From contig JBGARZ010000001.1 of NCBI GenBank assembly GCA_044229975.1, positions 992,001 to 1,056,000 on the forward strand: 64,000 nt of DNA, in the 5' to 3' direction. Below the pieces are notes generated by a model. The model ran no database searches and had not been told where the DNA came from. It was given only the letters and a program-made list of their open reading frames with translations. The DNA comes from Polyangiales bacterium. Lineage in GTDB: Bacteria; Myxococcota_A; Polyangia; Polyangiales; Ga0077539. Below, piece after piece: positions 63,403 to 64,000 of the stretch. Both the position numbers and the translations under genes were made by a program. The stretch's first letter is position 1. Every line of letters begins with the position of its first letter.

Positions 63403-64000
63403 TCAGAACAGCGAGATCTGTCCGAGTCCCACGCGCTTGCCGAAGTCGGCCTCGCTCACGATCTCCACGCCCTTGAGCTTGCGCGCCGCCGTGAGCTTGT
63501 CGCCCGCCTTGCCCTTCGCACCGACCACCACGATGGTCGTCTGCGCGTCGACCGCGTCGACCACCTCGCCGCCCAGCTCCTGGATCTTCCGCGTCGCGTC
63601 GGCGAGCGTGTACGAGCTGAGCGTCCCGGCGAACGAAACCTTCGTCCCAGCCATCGTCTTCACCGCGGGCGGAGGAGGCGGCGCGGGTGCGGGTGCAGGC
63701 GCGGCGAGCGGTAGCGCGGCCTGAGCGGGTGCCGGAGCAGCCTTCACGGGTGCGGGCGCGGGCGCAGGAGCGACCTGCACCGGAGGCGCAGCGACCGACG
63801 CGGGGACGGCGGCGAGCGCCTGCGCGTCGTCGACCATCGAGAGAAACTCCGTCTCGCTGATGATCTTGATCGTCGCGCCCGCAGCCACGAGCTTGTCCGC
63901 CGCCTTCTCCTTGGTGGACTTCTCGCCGGGCTTCTTCAGGTCGCCCACCACGAGGTACGTGAGCGCCTTGTTCACGGCGTCGAGTGCGGTGCCGCCCATC
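63403..64000 (-). CDS. Tandem BRCT-domain protein (5' end probably outside the window)
   Basis: Two LigA-type BRCT repeats (GG...V...LTYLVVG...IISETEF and KVSFAGTL...LGG...TTIVVVG..AGDKL..A..L..IVSEADF) joined by a Pro/Ala linker. Ends QISLF. Confidence 0.8.
   Translation of the reverse strand, partial: MGGTALDAVNKALTYLVVGDLKKPGEKSTKEKAADKLVAAGATIKIISETEFLSMVDDAQALAAVPASVAAPPVQVAPAPAPAPVKAAPAPAQAALPLAAPAPAPAPPPPPAVKTMAGTKVSFAGTLSSYTLADATRKIQELGGEVVDAVDAQTTIVVVGAKGKAGDKLTAARKLKGVEIVSEADFGKRVGLGQISLF

Overview
High-GC (about 70-75% by eye), gene-dense bacterial chromosome segment. It is very likely Myxococcota (Polyangia-like), judged from two MYXO-CTERM-type tails, a TraA-like protein, a CglB-like VWA lipoprotein, four Hanks-type kinases plus one pseudokinase, many lipoproteins and a TonB_C-fused TonB-dependent receptor. 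Housekeeping genes (argB, purE, purK, hemW, rnpB, sucA, an sdhC-like gene) are mixed with surface/secreted and signalling genes. I saw no tRNA, rRNA, CRISPR array, transposase or prophage. The most notable items are: (1) a short-stalk TraA-like receptor with no traB, translationally coupled to a PAS histidine kinase and next to TonB-like and ExbD-like genes; (2) a coupled HEAT-repeat/HD-domain gene pair that appears to share an unnamed domain; (3) a tandem-BRCT protein ending in a beta-clamp-type motif (QISLF); (4) an FG-GAP receptor pseudokinase divergent from an intact kinase; (5) a SWIM-SNF2 ATPase with a duplicated lysine-rich insertion; (6) a REPIN-like intergenic palindrome; (7) repeated TANNNT boxes 6-10 nt before start codons, suggesting leaderless mRNAs. 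All family assignments come from motif recognition by eye, not from database searches.
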